This document shows, piece after piece, positions 1 through 9,623 of a stretch of DNA of 64,000 nucleotides. The notes below the pieces were generated by a model. The model saw nothing but the letters and a program-made list of their open reading frames with translations. It had not been told where the DNA came from and searched no databases. The stretch is from an uncultured Acidimicrobiia bacterium (GTDB lineage: Bacteria; Actinomycetota; Acidimicrobiia; Acidimicrobiales; JACDCH01): positions 64,229 to 128,228 of the forward strand of contig CAWGFA010000012.1 of the NCBI GenBank assembly GCA_963821725.1, in the 5' to 3' direction. Position numbers and translations under genes: made by a program. The stretch's first letter is position 1. Each line of letters begins with the position of its first letter.

Positions 1-115
1 CTTCGCGCATCGCTTGCTTGATGACGTCGAGGTCGGCACCGTCCGTCCGGCTGAAGTGGGTGTACCACTGGTACTTCGCCAGGTTGGTGAGGATCGCGTG
101 CTGAGGATTCGGCAT
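1..115 (-). CDS. hypothetical protein, N-terminal 38 codons only (gene runs off the left edge)
   Basis: ATG at 115-113 on the minus strand reads MPNPQHAILTNLAKYQWYTHFSRTDGADLDVIKQAMRE. Third codon positions are mostly G/C. Too short for the ORF track. No family recognised. Confidence 0.35.
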   Translation of the reverse strand, partial: MPNPQHAILTNLAKYQWYTHFSRTDGADLDVIKQAMRE

Positions 116-182
116 GTCGGTCTTGGCTCCCGTCCGCTCGATGTAGGTCGTCTTCCTAGCGCGTTCTGACCTCCTCGTCGCA

Positions 183-229
183 ACGCCCGGGCGTTCCACC
201 ACACGAGATGTGGTCAGACGCCCGGGCGT
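183..229 (-). repeat. nested GC-rich hairpin, divergent member of hairpin family H (copy 0)
   Basis: Two copies of the self-complementary 12-mer ACGCCCGGGCGT (183-194, 218-229) flank an inner hairpin ACCACA-cgaga-TGTGGT (198-214). The inner hairpin and the GGGCGTTC/GACGCCC outer stem resemble the elements at 31838, 52405 and 58637. It lies 17 nt after the amidohydrolase stop and about 70 nt upstream of the ATG at 115. Confidence 0.5.
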
Positions 230-245
230 CGCAACCGAGCCACCG

Positions 246-1461
246 TCAGGCGGGGACAGGGATGCGGTCGATGACCGGGCCCATCAGGTCCTCGAAGTTG
301 GCGCGGTAGAACGCGTCACGCACGCCCTCGGGCGCGTCGCCCAGTGACGTCTCGAATCGCTCGAGTGGCTTGCGGCCCCCTTCGACGTGCGGGTAGTCGG
401 ACGAGAACATGCACACGTCACGGCCGGCCTGCTCGATGATCCAGCCGACGTCCTCGGTCGGATAGGGCGTGGCCCGTACCTGCCGTTGCACGTACTCACT
501 CGGTCGCAGCGACAACGCCTGCAGTCGCTCCTCGTGGCGAACGAACGCATCGAACGCGGACTCCATCTGCCGCATCCACGACGGCATCCAGATCGCGCCT
601 TGCTCGATGACACCGATGCGCAACTCCGGGAACCGCTCGAGCACGCCGTCGAAGATCATCGTCGCCAGCGTCTGCATCGGTGGATGGGGAATGCCCATGT
701 AGTCGACCGACCGGAAGTTCTCCTCGCCACCGTGGAAGTCGGGTGGGATCGGCAAGCCGTTGTGGAAGTACGCGCTCGTCGATCAGATCGCCCGTGCCAC
801 CGACGTGGAACACGACAGGAATGTGCGCCTCTTGCGCGCGCGCCCACACAGGATCGAGGCCGATGTGACTCGGCGAGTGATCGCGCGGGCAACCGGACGC
901 GACGAGGATCGCGGCGGTTCCGGCGTCGAGCACTTCGTCGGTCATCGCTGCGGCGCGCTCGAGGTCGGCAAGCGGGACGTAACACGTCGCCAGCAGACGT
1001 GGGTCGACCGAGCAGAACTCGATCATCCCGCGGTTGTGGGCGCGCGCGACGCCGTAGGCGAAATCGACATCGTCGCCGTGTTCCCAGTCGTGCAGCCGCC
1101 GATTGTGGAACGTGTTGAAGACCAACTGGCTGGCGACGCCGATCAGGTCGAGTGCGCGCGGCCGGTCGTCCGCGATGAACGACCCGGTTGCAGCGAAGTT
1201 CTTTCGCAACATGATCTCGTCGGCTTCGACGGCGCGGTACTCGTCGGACGCATGTTTCGCGGCCAGCCTGCGGAACGCGGCGTCGAGGTCGCGAAGCTGC
1301 TCGTCGGGATCACCCGTCTGGCGCAACTCGTTGCCGCTTTCGAGGCGCAACGGCTGGATGCGGCCGCGGATGTCCGGGTCGGCATGGTCGCGCAGCCACG
1401 TGGGGGTCTCCATGATGTGCGCGTCGGCGTCGTGGACGATCCGGCCTTCGACGTACGGCAT
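246..1461 (-). pseudogene. amidohydrolase-2 family metal-dependent hydrolase, one frame disruption near 757-760
   Basis: The N-terminal part (MPYVEGRIVHDADAHIMETP...VFHVGGTGDLIDE) is the tail of ORF 496..3498(-). The C-terminal part is ORF 246..755(-), ending ...SSDYPHVEGG.... The two join at GAGCGCG/TACTTCCAC with a 1-nt shift. Confidence 0.8.
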
Positions 1462-1548
1462 TGCGCTGCTCCTTCGACTCGCTCCGGTGCATCCTGCACC
1501 TTCGCTCGTTGTCGCCTGCACCCGCGTCCAAAACTTCCCCTCGCCAGG

Positions 1549-1562
1549 CGAACACGTGTTCG
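1549..1562 (+). promoter_or_regulatory. LexA (SOS/Cheo) box upstream of dnaE2
   Basis: CGAACACGTGTTCG is a perfect CGAAC-N4-GTTCG palindrome. With flanks (GCGAACACGTGTTCGA) it nearly matches the mycobacterial TCGAAC-N4-GTTCGA consensus. It ends 13 nt before the dnaE2 GTG start at 1576. Confidence 0.65.
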
Positions 1563-1575
1563 ATAGGCTCAGGTC

Positions 1576-4500
1576 GTGGGTTTCAACAACCCGGCGATGC
1601 CGTGGTCCGAGCTCGAACGACGTCTCTCCGACAACCGCGTTGCCGGGCGCCCGAGCAACGTACCGCCTTCCGCCAACGGGGGCGACAGCCCCGCCTGGTC
1701 CCGCAAGCGCCAGCCGTTCGAGCCACGGGTGCAGCGGCGGCGAGGCTCGGTGCCCTACGCCGAGCTGCACTGTCATTCCAACTTCAGCTTCCTCGACGGC
1801 GCGTCGCATCCCGAAGAGCTCGTCGAAGAAGCAGCGAACCTCGGCCTCGAGGCGCTCGCGCTCACCGATCACGACGGCTTCTACGGCGTGGTCCGCTTCG
1901 CGGAGGCCGCTCGCGAGATCGGGATGCCCACGGTGTTCGGCTCGGAGCTGAGCCTCGAGCTGCGCAAGCCGCAGAACGGCGAGGCCGATCCCGAAGGGCA
2001 CCACCTCGTCGTGCTCGCCCGCGACCCCCAGGGCTATGCCCGCTTGGCCCGCACGCTGAGCGCGGCACACCTGCGCGGCCGTGAGAAGGGCAAACCCGTC
2101 TATTCGCTGTCCGAGCTGGCGCAGGTGCACGCCGGGCACTGGCTCGTGCTCACCGGTTGCCGCAAGGGGACGGTGCCCCTTGCGCTCGTGCGCGACGGTC
2201 CGGCAGCAGCTGCGCGTGCGTTGGCCGATCTCGTCGCAGTGTTCGGCAAGGACAACGTGGCCGTCGAGCTGTGGGATCACAGTGATCCGCTCGACTCTGC
2301 CCGCAACGACGCGCTCGCTCGCGTCGCCGGCCGCGCCGGTGTCGAATGCATCGCCACCAACAACGTGCACTACGCGCAGCAGTCGCGCCGCCAACTCGCC
2401 ACCGCGCTCGCCGCGGTGCGAGCACGCCGCAGTCTCGACGAGCTCGACGGTTGGTTGCCCGCCGCCTCGACCGCTCATTTGCGCGCCGGCTTCGAGCAGC
2501 AGCACGTGTTCCGCCGCTATCCCGGCGTCGTCGAGCGAGCAGGAGCACTCGGCCTCGAGTGTGCGTTCGACCTCCATCTCGTCGCGCCCGACCTGCCGCC
2601 GTACCCGTGTCCCGACGATCTCGACGAGATGCAGTTCCTCCGCAAGCTGGCCGACGAGGGTGCAGCGCGCCGCTACGGGCCGAGGGGCGATCCCACGACC
2701 GGCAAGGCCTACGCGCAGATCGACCACGAGCTCGACCTCATCGAGTCGCTGGGCTTCCCGGGCTACTTCCTCGTCGTGTGGGACATCGTCGAGTTCTGCC
2801 GCCGGTCGAACATCTACTGCCAGGGGCGCGGCTCGGCGGCCAACAGTGCGGTCTGTTACGCGCTCGGCATCACGAACGCGGACGCAGTGACGCTCGGGCT
2901 GCTGTTCGAACGGTTCCTCTCGCCCGAGCGCGACGGCCCACCCGACATCGACATCGACATCGAGAGCACGCGGCGCGAAGAGGCGATCCAGTACGTGTAC
3001 GAGCGCTACGACCGCGAGCACGCGCGCGCAGGTCGCGAACGTCATCACGTATCGAGCGAAGTCGTCGATCCGCGACATGGCGAAGGCGCTCGGGTACTCC
3101 ACCGGCCAGCAGGACGCATGGTCGAAGCAGGCCGACCCATGGGGCCCGCTCGACACGACCATCAAGCAACAGCAGCACGAGCACCAGATCCCACTGCCGG
3201 TCTTGAAGCTGGCGAAGCAGGTCGAGCACTTCCCGCGCCATCTCGGTATCCACTCGGGCGGCATGGTGATCTGCGATCGGCCCATCGTCGAGGTGTGCCC
3301 CATCGAATGGGGCCGCTTCACCGGTCGCAACGGCACCGGCGACGAGCCGATCCGGTCGGTGCTGCAGTGGGACAAGGACGATTGCGCGGCAGCCGGGCTC
3401 GTGAAGTTCGACTTGCTCGGTCTCGGGATGCTGAGCGTGCTGCACCACACGCTCGACTTCGTGCACGAGCACCACCACGACTCCGTCGAGCTCGCCACCG
3501 TCCCGCAGGACGACGCGGTCTACGACATGTTGTGTCGCGCCGACTCCGTCGGTGTGTTCCAGGTCGAGTCACGGGCACAGATGGCGACGTTGCCGCGCCT
3601 CGAGCCCCGATGCTTCTACGACCTCGTCGTCGAGGTCGCGCTCATCCGTCCCGGTCCGATCCAAGGCGGCTCGGTGCACCCGTACATCCGGCGACGCAAC
3701 GGCTCCGAGCCGGTGACGTACCTGCACCCCTTGCTCGAACCGGTGTTGGAGAAGACGCTCGGCGTGCCGCTGTTCCAAGAGCAGCTCATGCAGATCGCCA
3801 TCGAGATCGGCGGGTTCACACCCGGAGAGGCCGACCAGCTCCGTCAGGCAATGGCTTCGAAGCGGAGCCGCGAGCGCATGGAGCGCATCCGCCAGCGCTT
3901 GTACGACGGCATGGCCGAGCGCGGTGTCGTCGGCGACGTCGCCGATCAGATGTGGGACAAGCTCTCGGCCTTCGCCAACTACGGCTTCCCCGAGAGCCAC
4001 TCCGTCAGCTTCGCCTACCTCGTGTACGCCAGCTCGTGGCTCAAGCGGTTCTATCCCGCTGCGTTCTGCGCCGGATTGCTCAACGCGCAACCGATGGGGT
4101 TCTACTCACCGCACTCGCTCGTGCAAGACGCCCGCCGTCACGGCGTCGAGATCCGCACCCCCGATCTCAACGCCTCGGGAGCCAAGGCGACGCTCGAGAT
4201 CGAGCCCGACATGCAGCTGGCACGTGCGCCCCACGACGCACCGCCGGCGGTGTGGGGCAAGGCCGGTCCTGTCGTGCGGCTCGGCATCGGCTCGGTGCGC
4301 GGCATCGGTGAGGAACTGGCCGACGAGATCGCGGCCGGGCGGCCGTACGAGTCCATGGAAGACCTGGCGCGGCGGGTTCCGTCGCTCGCGCTGCCCCAGC
4401 TCGAGGCCATGGCCACAGCCGGTGCGTTCGGCTGCTTCGCGCACGAACGCCGTGAAGCGCTGTGGTCGGCGGGCGCGGTCGCGCAGACCCGGCCCGACCG

Positions 4501-4960
4501 GCTCGCCGGGATCGTGACGGGAGTCGAGGCGCCGGCGCTGCCGGGGATGTCCGACCGTGAGGAATCGAACGCCGACCTGTGGGCGACCGGTGTGGCGCCC
4601 GAAGGTCATCCCACTCGCTTCGAACGACCGCAGCTCGACGCCATGGGCGTCACGCCTGCGACCGGTCTCGCCGCCGTCGACAACGGCGAGAAGGTTCTCG
4701 TCGCCGGCGTCGTGACGCATCGCCAACGTCCCGCGACCGCGGCCGGCATCACGTTCGTCAATCTCGAGGACGAGACCGGCCTCATCAACGTCGTGTGCTC
4801 GAGAGGATGTTGGGTGCGTTACCGCCGCGTGGTCGGTTCGTGTCCCGCGCTGCTCATCCGCGGTCGGTTGGAGAAGCAAGACGGCGTGATCAACGTGAAC
4901 GCCGAACGCATCGACCCCCTACCTCTTCACGCGCCCATCCGGAGCCGCGACTTCCGCTGA
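1576..4960 (+). pseudogene. dnaE2: error-prone DNA polymerase DnaE2 (ImuC, Pol III alpha family), one frame disruption near 3020-3030
   Basis: ORF 1576..4311 starts with the PHP-domain signature YAELHCHSNFSFLDGASHPEELVEEA and stays plausible to ...QYVYERYDREHA. ORF 3077..4960 continues with ...VITYRAKSSIRDMAKALGYS... to the C-terminal OB-fold region. The shift lies inside a GCGCGCGC run. Confidence 0.9.
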
Positions 4961-4969
4961 CCCCCCTGT

Positions 4970-5010
4970 CGAATGTTGGGGGGGCAGCACGGCGACCCGG
5001 AGTTCGGAAG
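4970..5010 (+). repeat. REP-like hairpin element family R, degenerate copy a
   Basis: CGAATGTTGGGGGGGGCAGCACGGCGACCCGGAG keeps both conserved flanks (CGAATGTTGG and CGACCCGGAG), but the left stem arm is replaced by a G run. It starts 9 nt after the dnaE2 stop at 4960. Confidence 0.5.
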
Positions 5011-5020
5011 GATTCGACGT

Positions 5021-5407
5021 TCAGCTGTCCAGGGGTGCGAGCTTCGAAAAGTCGACGAAGGCCCGTTGTGATGTGATGCGGCCGTCGTCGTCGAAGGTCA
5101 TCACGTCGATGGCGTTCATCCCGAGCTTCGCGTCACCGACCGTGGCCACGATCTCGAGCAGGAACGCGGCTTGCTGATCGCAGACCACCGGATCTGCGCC
5201 CAGCCGCAGTTCGACGTTGTCCGCCGATCCCGTGCTCTGGTCGTAGAAGCCGGCGATCTCGTCGCGACCGTGCTTCACCGGCGTCCCCACGGGATCCTCC
5301 ATCGTCGCGTCGGACGTGAAGCACTCCAGCCAGGCAGCGCGATCCCCGGCCGTGAACGTCGAGACATAGCGGTTGATCGTGTCGAGGATCGTGGTCGGGT
5401 CGGGCAT
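5021..5407 (-). CDS. SnoaL-like / NTF2-fold (ketosteroid-isomerase-like) protein
   Basis: ORF 5021..5473(-). The likely start is MPDPTTILDTINRYVSTFTAGDRAAWLECF... (ATG at 5407). The N-terminal pattern is typical of SnoaL polyketide-cyclase-like proteins. Confidence 0.7.
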   Translation of the reverse strand: MPDPTTILDTINRYVSTFTAGDRAAWLECFTSDATMEDPVGTPVKHGRDEIAGFYDQSTGSADNVELRLGADPVVCDQQAAFLLEIVATVGDAKLGMNAIDVMTFDDDGRITSQRAFVDFSKLAPLDS

Positions 5408-5445
5408 GGCGGCACAGTACTGGCAGGTCCGTAGGCTCCTGCGCC

Positions 5446-6531
5446 GTGGCCGAACTCGGACGACTCGCGGCATTCATCGCCGGTTCTGCGCTGGTGCTCG
5501 TCGTCCTCCTCTCCGCCATCCGCACGGTGATCCTTCCGCGTGGCGAGCCGGTTCTGTTGACGAGGGCGGTGTTCGTCTCGATCCGGTCGATCTTCAACAT
5601 CTGGGTCCGCCGGGCCAAGACCTACGAGCAGCGGGACCGGTCGTACGCGATGTTCTCGCCGATCGCGCTCGTGATCCTTCCCGGCGTCTGGGTCGCGCTC
5701 GTCATCACCGGCTTCACCGCCATCCACTGGGCACTCGGCGTCGATCCGCTGCGCGCCGCCTTCTACCTCTCCGGGTCGTCGCTCCTCACGCTCGGTTTCG
5801 AACCGGCGCCGTCGCTCGCGACACACATCGCCGCGTTCGTCGAAGCGACACTCGGGCTCGGCCTCATCGCCCTCCTCATCAGCTACCTCCCGTCGATCTA
5901 CAGCGCATTCCAGCGTCGGGAGCTGCAGGTCGCGCGCCTGACCACTCGGGCGGGCGAGCCGTACAGCACGATGAAGATGATCCGCCGCCATCAGGAGCTG
6001 AACCGTCTCGAAGCGCTCGACGATCTGTGGGACGAATGGGAGAGCTGGTTCGCCGACGTCGAAGAGACGCACACCTCGCAGCCGTCGCTCGTCTTCTTCC
6101 GTTCGATCAGCCACCGGCGATCGTGGGTGAGTGCAGCCGGTGTCGTCCTCGACACCGCCGCCTTGCGCGCTTCGACCCTCGACCTGCCGCCGAACGCGCA
6201 GGCGCAGCTGTGCATCCGCGCCGGCTACCTGGCCCTTCGCCGCATCGCCGACTACTTCGGGATCCCGAACGATCACGATCCAGGACCGGACGACCCGATC
6301 AGTATCGACCGCAGCGAGTTCGAAGCCCTGTACGACGAACTGGCGTCGTACGGGGTGCCCCTGCGCCCGGACCGTGACCAGTGCTGGCGCGACTACCACG
6401 GCTGGCGAGTCAACTACGACACGGTTCTGCTCGCGCTCGCCGGCTTGACGATGGCGCCGTACGCGCCGTGGGTCAGCGACCGTTCGCTGCCGTATCGCCG
6501 CCCGCCCCTCAGGCGGAGCAACCCCGGCTGA
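5446..6531 (+). CDS. membrane protein with a 2-TM ion-channel-like pore region and a soluble C-terminal domain
   Basis: Intact 361-aa ORF. It has hydrophobic helices followed by a pore-helix/filter-like stretch (AAFYLSGSSLLTLGFEPAP) and then an inner helix (AAFVEATLGLGLIALLISYL). The filter is degenerate: TLGFE instead of TxGYG. Confidence 0.5.
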   Translation: MAELGRLAAFIAGSALVLVVLLSAIRTVILPRGEPVLLTRAVFVSIRSIFNIWVRRAKTYEQRDRSYAMFSPIALVILPGVWVALVITGFTAIHWALGVDPLRAAFYLSGSSLLTLGFEPAPSLATHIAAFVEATLGLGLIALLISYLPSIYSAFQRRELQVARLTTRAGEPYSTMKMIRRHQELNRLEALDDLWDEWESWFADVEETHTSQPSLVFFRSISHRRSWVSAAGVVLDTAALRASTLDLPPNAQAQLCIRAGYLALRRIADYFGIPNDHDPGPDDPISIDRSEFEALYDELASYGVPLRPDRDQCWRDYHGWRVNYDTVLLALAGLTMAPYAPWVSDRSLPYRRPPLRRSNPG

Positions 6532-6533
6532 CG

Positions 6534-7754
6534 TCAGTCCGCGGCGGCGACGCTCGGCTTCTGCGATACGCCCTCGGGGATCGACTCCCTGATCCGGAAC
6601 AGTCGCTTCCGACCGGACGCCACCGCGGCCGGGTCCGCGGGCGGGAGCGAGAAACCCGAGTAGATCACGCGGCGCTCACGGTCGACGGGGGGCTGAGACA
6701 TGTGCGTCGTGCACGACAGGTGGACGGTCACGTCGCCGGTCTTCGTCGGTAGATCGATCTCGGGGAGGTCCATGCCCTTGCGTGAGAACGCCGGCCATAC
6801 CAGTCCGCGGTGCGACCCGGCGATCACCCGCAACTGTCCCGAGGTCGCGTCTGCTCCGGTCACGGAGATCCCGACCGTCATGCCGCAGCAGTCGTAGCTG
6901 TGCCGGCCGAGCCCGCAGTCCTTGTGCCAAGGCACGTCGGAGATGCCCGACACGACGCCGAGAGGCTTGGTCAGGGCCTGGCACGTCTTGGCCGATTCGT
7001 GGCCGTCGCCGGTGATCTGCCCGATGCGGAGGAAGCGATCGTCTTCGAGCAGCGCCTTCGCGTGCTCTGAGTGTTGGTCGAAACCGTATTGCCGGACCAG
7101 CCGCTCGGAACCGTCTCCGGTCTTCGCCCACCACGACTTGCCGTCGTCGGGTGCGTACGCACTCGCGTGGCGATCGATGTCCGTTTCCAGTTCGAGCATC
7201 TCGTCGTCGCGGAACACGCCCTCGATGTGGAGGAAACCTGCCTCCTCCAAGAACGCGCGCTGCAGTGCCGGATCGTCGTCAGGACGGAACGACTGGTGCA
7301 GGTCGAGCACACGTCCGTCGGTGGCCGTGAAGGCAATCGACCCGGGTGTGTAGATCTCGCGGCCGTCGAGCGCGCCGCGCAGGACGAGCCACCAGTCGAG
7401 AAGCTGCTCGAGGCGTCCGGCGCGCTGGTCGAGCGTGCCCCACGTGAAGAAGCCCATGAAGCTCGCCTGGTCCGCGGCGAGATCGGCGATCTGCTCTGCA
7501 GTCATGCACACCGTCGCGCCTTCGGACGCTGCGCCCCGCTCGACCGTGACACTGCCGTTCGCCGACAGCGTCCACGCCTCGCCGCTGTCCTCGACGAGGA
7601 CCGTCAGCGGGACCAGGTGCAGCCACTCGAGCGCGTCGGCCATCGTCGGCGCTGCCGCGTCGAGCGCGGACGGCAGGTCGTGTTCGAAGAACGACGCCGG
7701 ATCGCGCGGCACGGACTCGGCACCGTCCACGCGGAAGCGCACGTCAACCGTCAT
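6534..7754 (-). CDS. phytanoyl-CoA dioxygenase (PhyH) family Fe(II)/2OG oxygenase with an N-terminal extension (possibly SCP2-like)
   Basis: This is the 3' part of ORF 6534..8201(-), with its start at MTVDVRFRV (7754). A PWHKD motif and a later VHLSCTTH fit the PhyH H-x-D...H facial triad. Confidence 0.7.
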   Translation of the reverse strand: MTVDVRFRVDGAESVPRDPASFFEHDLPSALDAAAPTMADALEWLHLVPLTVLVEDSGEAWTLSANGSVTVERGAASEGATVCMTAEQIADLAADQASFMGFFTWGTLDQRAGRLEQLLDWWLVLRGALDGREIYTPGSIAFTATDGRVLDLHQSFRPDDDPALQRAFLEEAGFLHIEGVFRDDEMLELETDIDRHASAYAPDDGKSWWAKTGDGSERLVRQYGFDQHSEHAKALLEDDRFLRIGQITGDGHESAKTCQALTKPLGVVSGISDVPWHKDCGLGRHSYDCCGMTVGISVTGADATSGQLRVIAGSHRGLVWPAFSRKGMDLPEIDLPTKTGDVTVHLSCTTHMSQPPVDRERRVIYSGFSLPPADPAAVASGRKRLFRIRESIPEGVSQKPSVAAAD

Positions 7755-7814
7755 GCAACCCACCTCCCCGACGGCACTGTATTCGGGAACCGTTACCCGG
7801 GTACACCTCGCGGT

Positions 7815-8939
7815 GTGCAGGCGACCACGTCCGTCCTCGGTGATCGCTACGCGCTCGGTCCCCTGGTCGGACGAGGTGGCGTCGCCGATGTCTACAGGGC
7901 CGAGGATCTCCAACGGGGCGTGCCGGTGGCGGTCAAGGTCCTGCGCAACGCCGCCGCGGCCGACATCCGCCGATTCGCGCGAGAGGCTCGCACACTCGAG
8001 CGCCTCGACCATCCCGCGATCGTGCGTCTGCGCGACGAGGGCGCGTGCGACGGCGTCCCGTACCTCGTCCTCGATCTCGTCGACGGTGAACCACTGTCCC
8101 GAGTCATCGAACGCGGACCGATGGAGGAGGACGAGGTGCAGCGCATGGGCACGGCCCTCGCGGGAGCGCTGGCCCACGCCCACGGCCTCGGCATCGTGCA
8201 CCGCGACGTGAAGCCCGGCAACGTGCTCGTCGACCGCGACGGCAACGTCCGTCTCACCGACTTCGGCATCGCCCGTCTGCTGGACAGCGCGGCGGTCGCG
8301 GCCATCACGGAGACCGGCTTCGTCATCGGGACCGCCGCCTACCTCGCGCCCGAACAGGTACGTGGAGAGACCGTCGGCCCTGAGGCCGACGTGTACGCGC
8401 TCGGACTCGTCCTGCTCGAAGCGCTCACCGGCGAGCGGGCGTACGCGGGACCGCCGACCGAGGCGGCCATGGCTCGCCTCCAGCGCTCACCCGAGATCCC
8501 TGTGCAGACACCGTGGCTCGCGTCGCTCCTCGCTGCGATGACCGCCATCGACCCGGCGCGACGGCCGCGCGCGAAAGCGGTCGAGGACGCGTTCGACAAC
8601 CGCAGCGCCACGAGCGAGCACACCGCTGTGATGCCCGTGCCGCCACCGGCGTCGCGCGCGCCGATGGTCCTGAAGAAGCGAGGACCGCTGCTCGCCGCAC
8701 TCGCCGCTGTCGTCGTCGCGCTCGCACTGATCTTGGTCCTCGTCGGAGGGAAGACCTCGGGCGGACCTGCGCCCGCGGCCACGTCGACGACAACGGCGAC
8801 GACTGTTCCGCCGACCACGGCCGCCGCGGTGACGACACCGCCGACCACGGTCCCGCCCGCCACGCCGTCGCAACGTGGCGACGGCAAGGGCAAGCACGGC
8901 CCCGGAGGCGACAACAAGGGCGGCAACGAGGGCGGCTGA
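7815..8939 (+). CDS. Ser/Thr protein kinase with one TM helix and a Thr/Pro-rich extracytoplasmic tail
   Basis: Real part of ORF 7071..8939, GTG start at 7815. Motifs seen: glycine loop LVGRGGVADVY, VAVK, catalytic loop HRDVKPGNVLV, DFG, APE. These are followed by the TM segment LLAALAAVVVALALILVLV and a TTTATTVPPTTAAAVTTPPTTVPP tail. Confidence 0.85.
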   Translation: MQATTSVLGDRYALGPLVGRGGVADVYRAEDLQRGVPVAVKVLRNAAAADIRRFAREARTLERLDHPAIVRLRDEGACDGVPYLVLDLVDGEPLSRVIERGPMEEDEVQRMGTALAGALAHAHGLGIVHRDVKPGNVLVDRDGNVRLTDFGIARLLDSAAVAAITETGFVIGTAAYLAPEQVRGETVGPEADVYALGLVLLEALTGERAYAGPPTEAAMARLQRSPEIPVQTPWLASLLAAMTAIDPARRPRAKAVEDAFDNRSATSEHTAVMPVPPPASRAPMVLKKRGPLLAALAAVVVALALILVLVGGKTSGGPAPAATSTTTATTVPPTTAAAVTTPPTTVPPATPSQRGDGKGKHGPGGDNKGGNEGG

Positions 8940-8953
8940 CCTTGGGTGGGCGC

Positions 8954-9592
8954 TCAGGTGGGGAAGAGCAGCACGACGGCAAGGACGATCACCACGACTG
9001 TCAAGTTGTATGCGAGGTGCGCACGCGTGCTCTCGAACGTCGCCGCGACACTGCTCCCGGTGTGTCGGAATGCCCACAAGTACCACCACGTGAAGTACCA
9101 GCCGCCGATGCTCAGGGCGAGCGCGGCGCCGATGGGGATGCCGATGAGCGCGTGCATGAGACCGAACTGGATGCCCTTGATGAAGCGTTGCCACTGCGAA
9201 CGGGTCTCGGAGCCGAGCCGGAACATCCGCTCCTCTGCCTCGGCGAAGAGCGGCAGCGCCGGGACGAGCAGGACGATGAAGCACAGGGGAACGATCCACT
9301 CGAGCGCGGTCCCGGCGGTGCGCTCCGTGTTGCCCGTGACGGGGTTGCCGACGCCGCCGAGCGCCGACCACCACCCGAAGTCGAGCAGGGGGACCTGCAA
9401 GAGCACGATCACCGCCAGCACGACGAGGCAGAGGACCGGGACCGGCGGAATGAAATGGCGGACCCGCAGACCGCGCACGATGAGCGCCACGCGACCGCGG
9501 CCCGCGCCCGTGAGCGCGAACCGGGTTCCGCTGGCGATGCGGACGCCGACGAACGCGAGCACCGCGACGGTCAGGACGTCGGTGACGGACAC
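8954..9592 (-). CDS. CPBP family intramembrane glutamic endopeptidase (CAAX protease-like)
   Basis: Intact 212-aa polytopic ORF. It has the EExxxR motif (AEAEERMFR) and a His motif (FGLMHAL). Confidence 0.75.
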   Translation of the reverse strand: MSVTDVLTVAVLAFVGVRIASGTRFALTGAGRGRVALIVRGLRVRHFIPPVPVLCLVVLAVIVLLQVPLLDFGWWSALGGVGNPVTGNTERTAGTALEWIVPLCFIVLLVPALPLFAEAEERMFRLGSETRSQWQRFIKGIQFGLMHALIGIPIGAALALSIGGWYFTWWYLWAFRHTGSSVAATFESTRAHLAYNLTVVVIVLAVVLLFPT

Positions 9593-9623
9593 ACCGCTAG
9601 GTTCGCAGGCCTTGGCCGAAGTC

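Noticed and set aside
3015-3035. Programmed ribosomal frameshifting in dnaE2 or other disrupted genes
   Set aside because: There is no slippery heptamer or downstream pseudoknot at the junctions I inspected. The same kind of shift occurs in about 30 unrelated genes, both +1 and -1, often several per gene. Programmed recoding cannot account for that.
496-3498. 1000-aa ORF on the minus strand spanning the dnaE2 region
   Set aside because: Only its last ~240 codons (about 740-1461) are real: they are the N-terminal part of the amidohydrolase. The rest is antisense to the strongly conserved dnaE2 frame, is Arg/Ala/Gly-rich with low complexity, and is the usual long antisense ORF of high-GC DNA.
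7794-7803. Perfect 10-bp palindrome TACCCGGGTA in the 60-nt divergent spacer between the PhyH-family gene and the Ser/Thr kinase
   Set aside because: It is a single short GC-rich palindrome containing a SmaI-like CCCGGG core, with no second copy or extended symmetry. That is too weak to call an operator.
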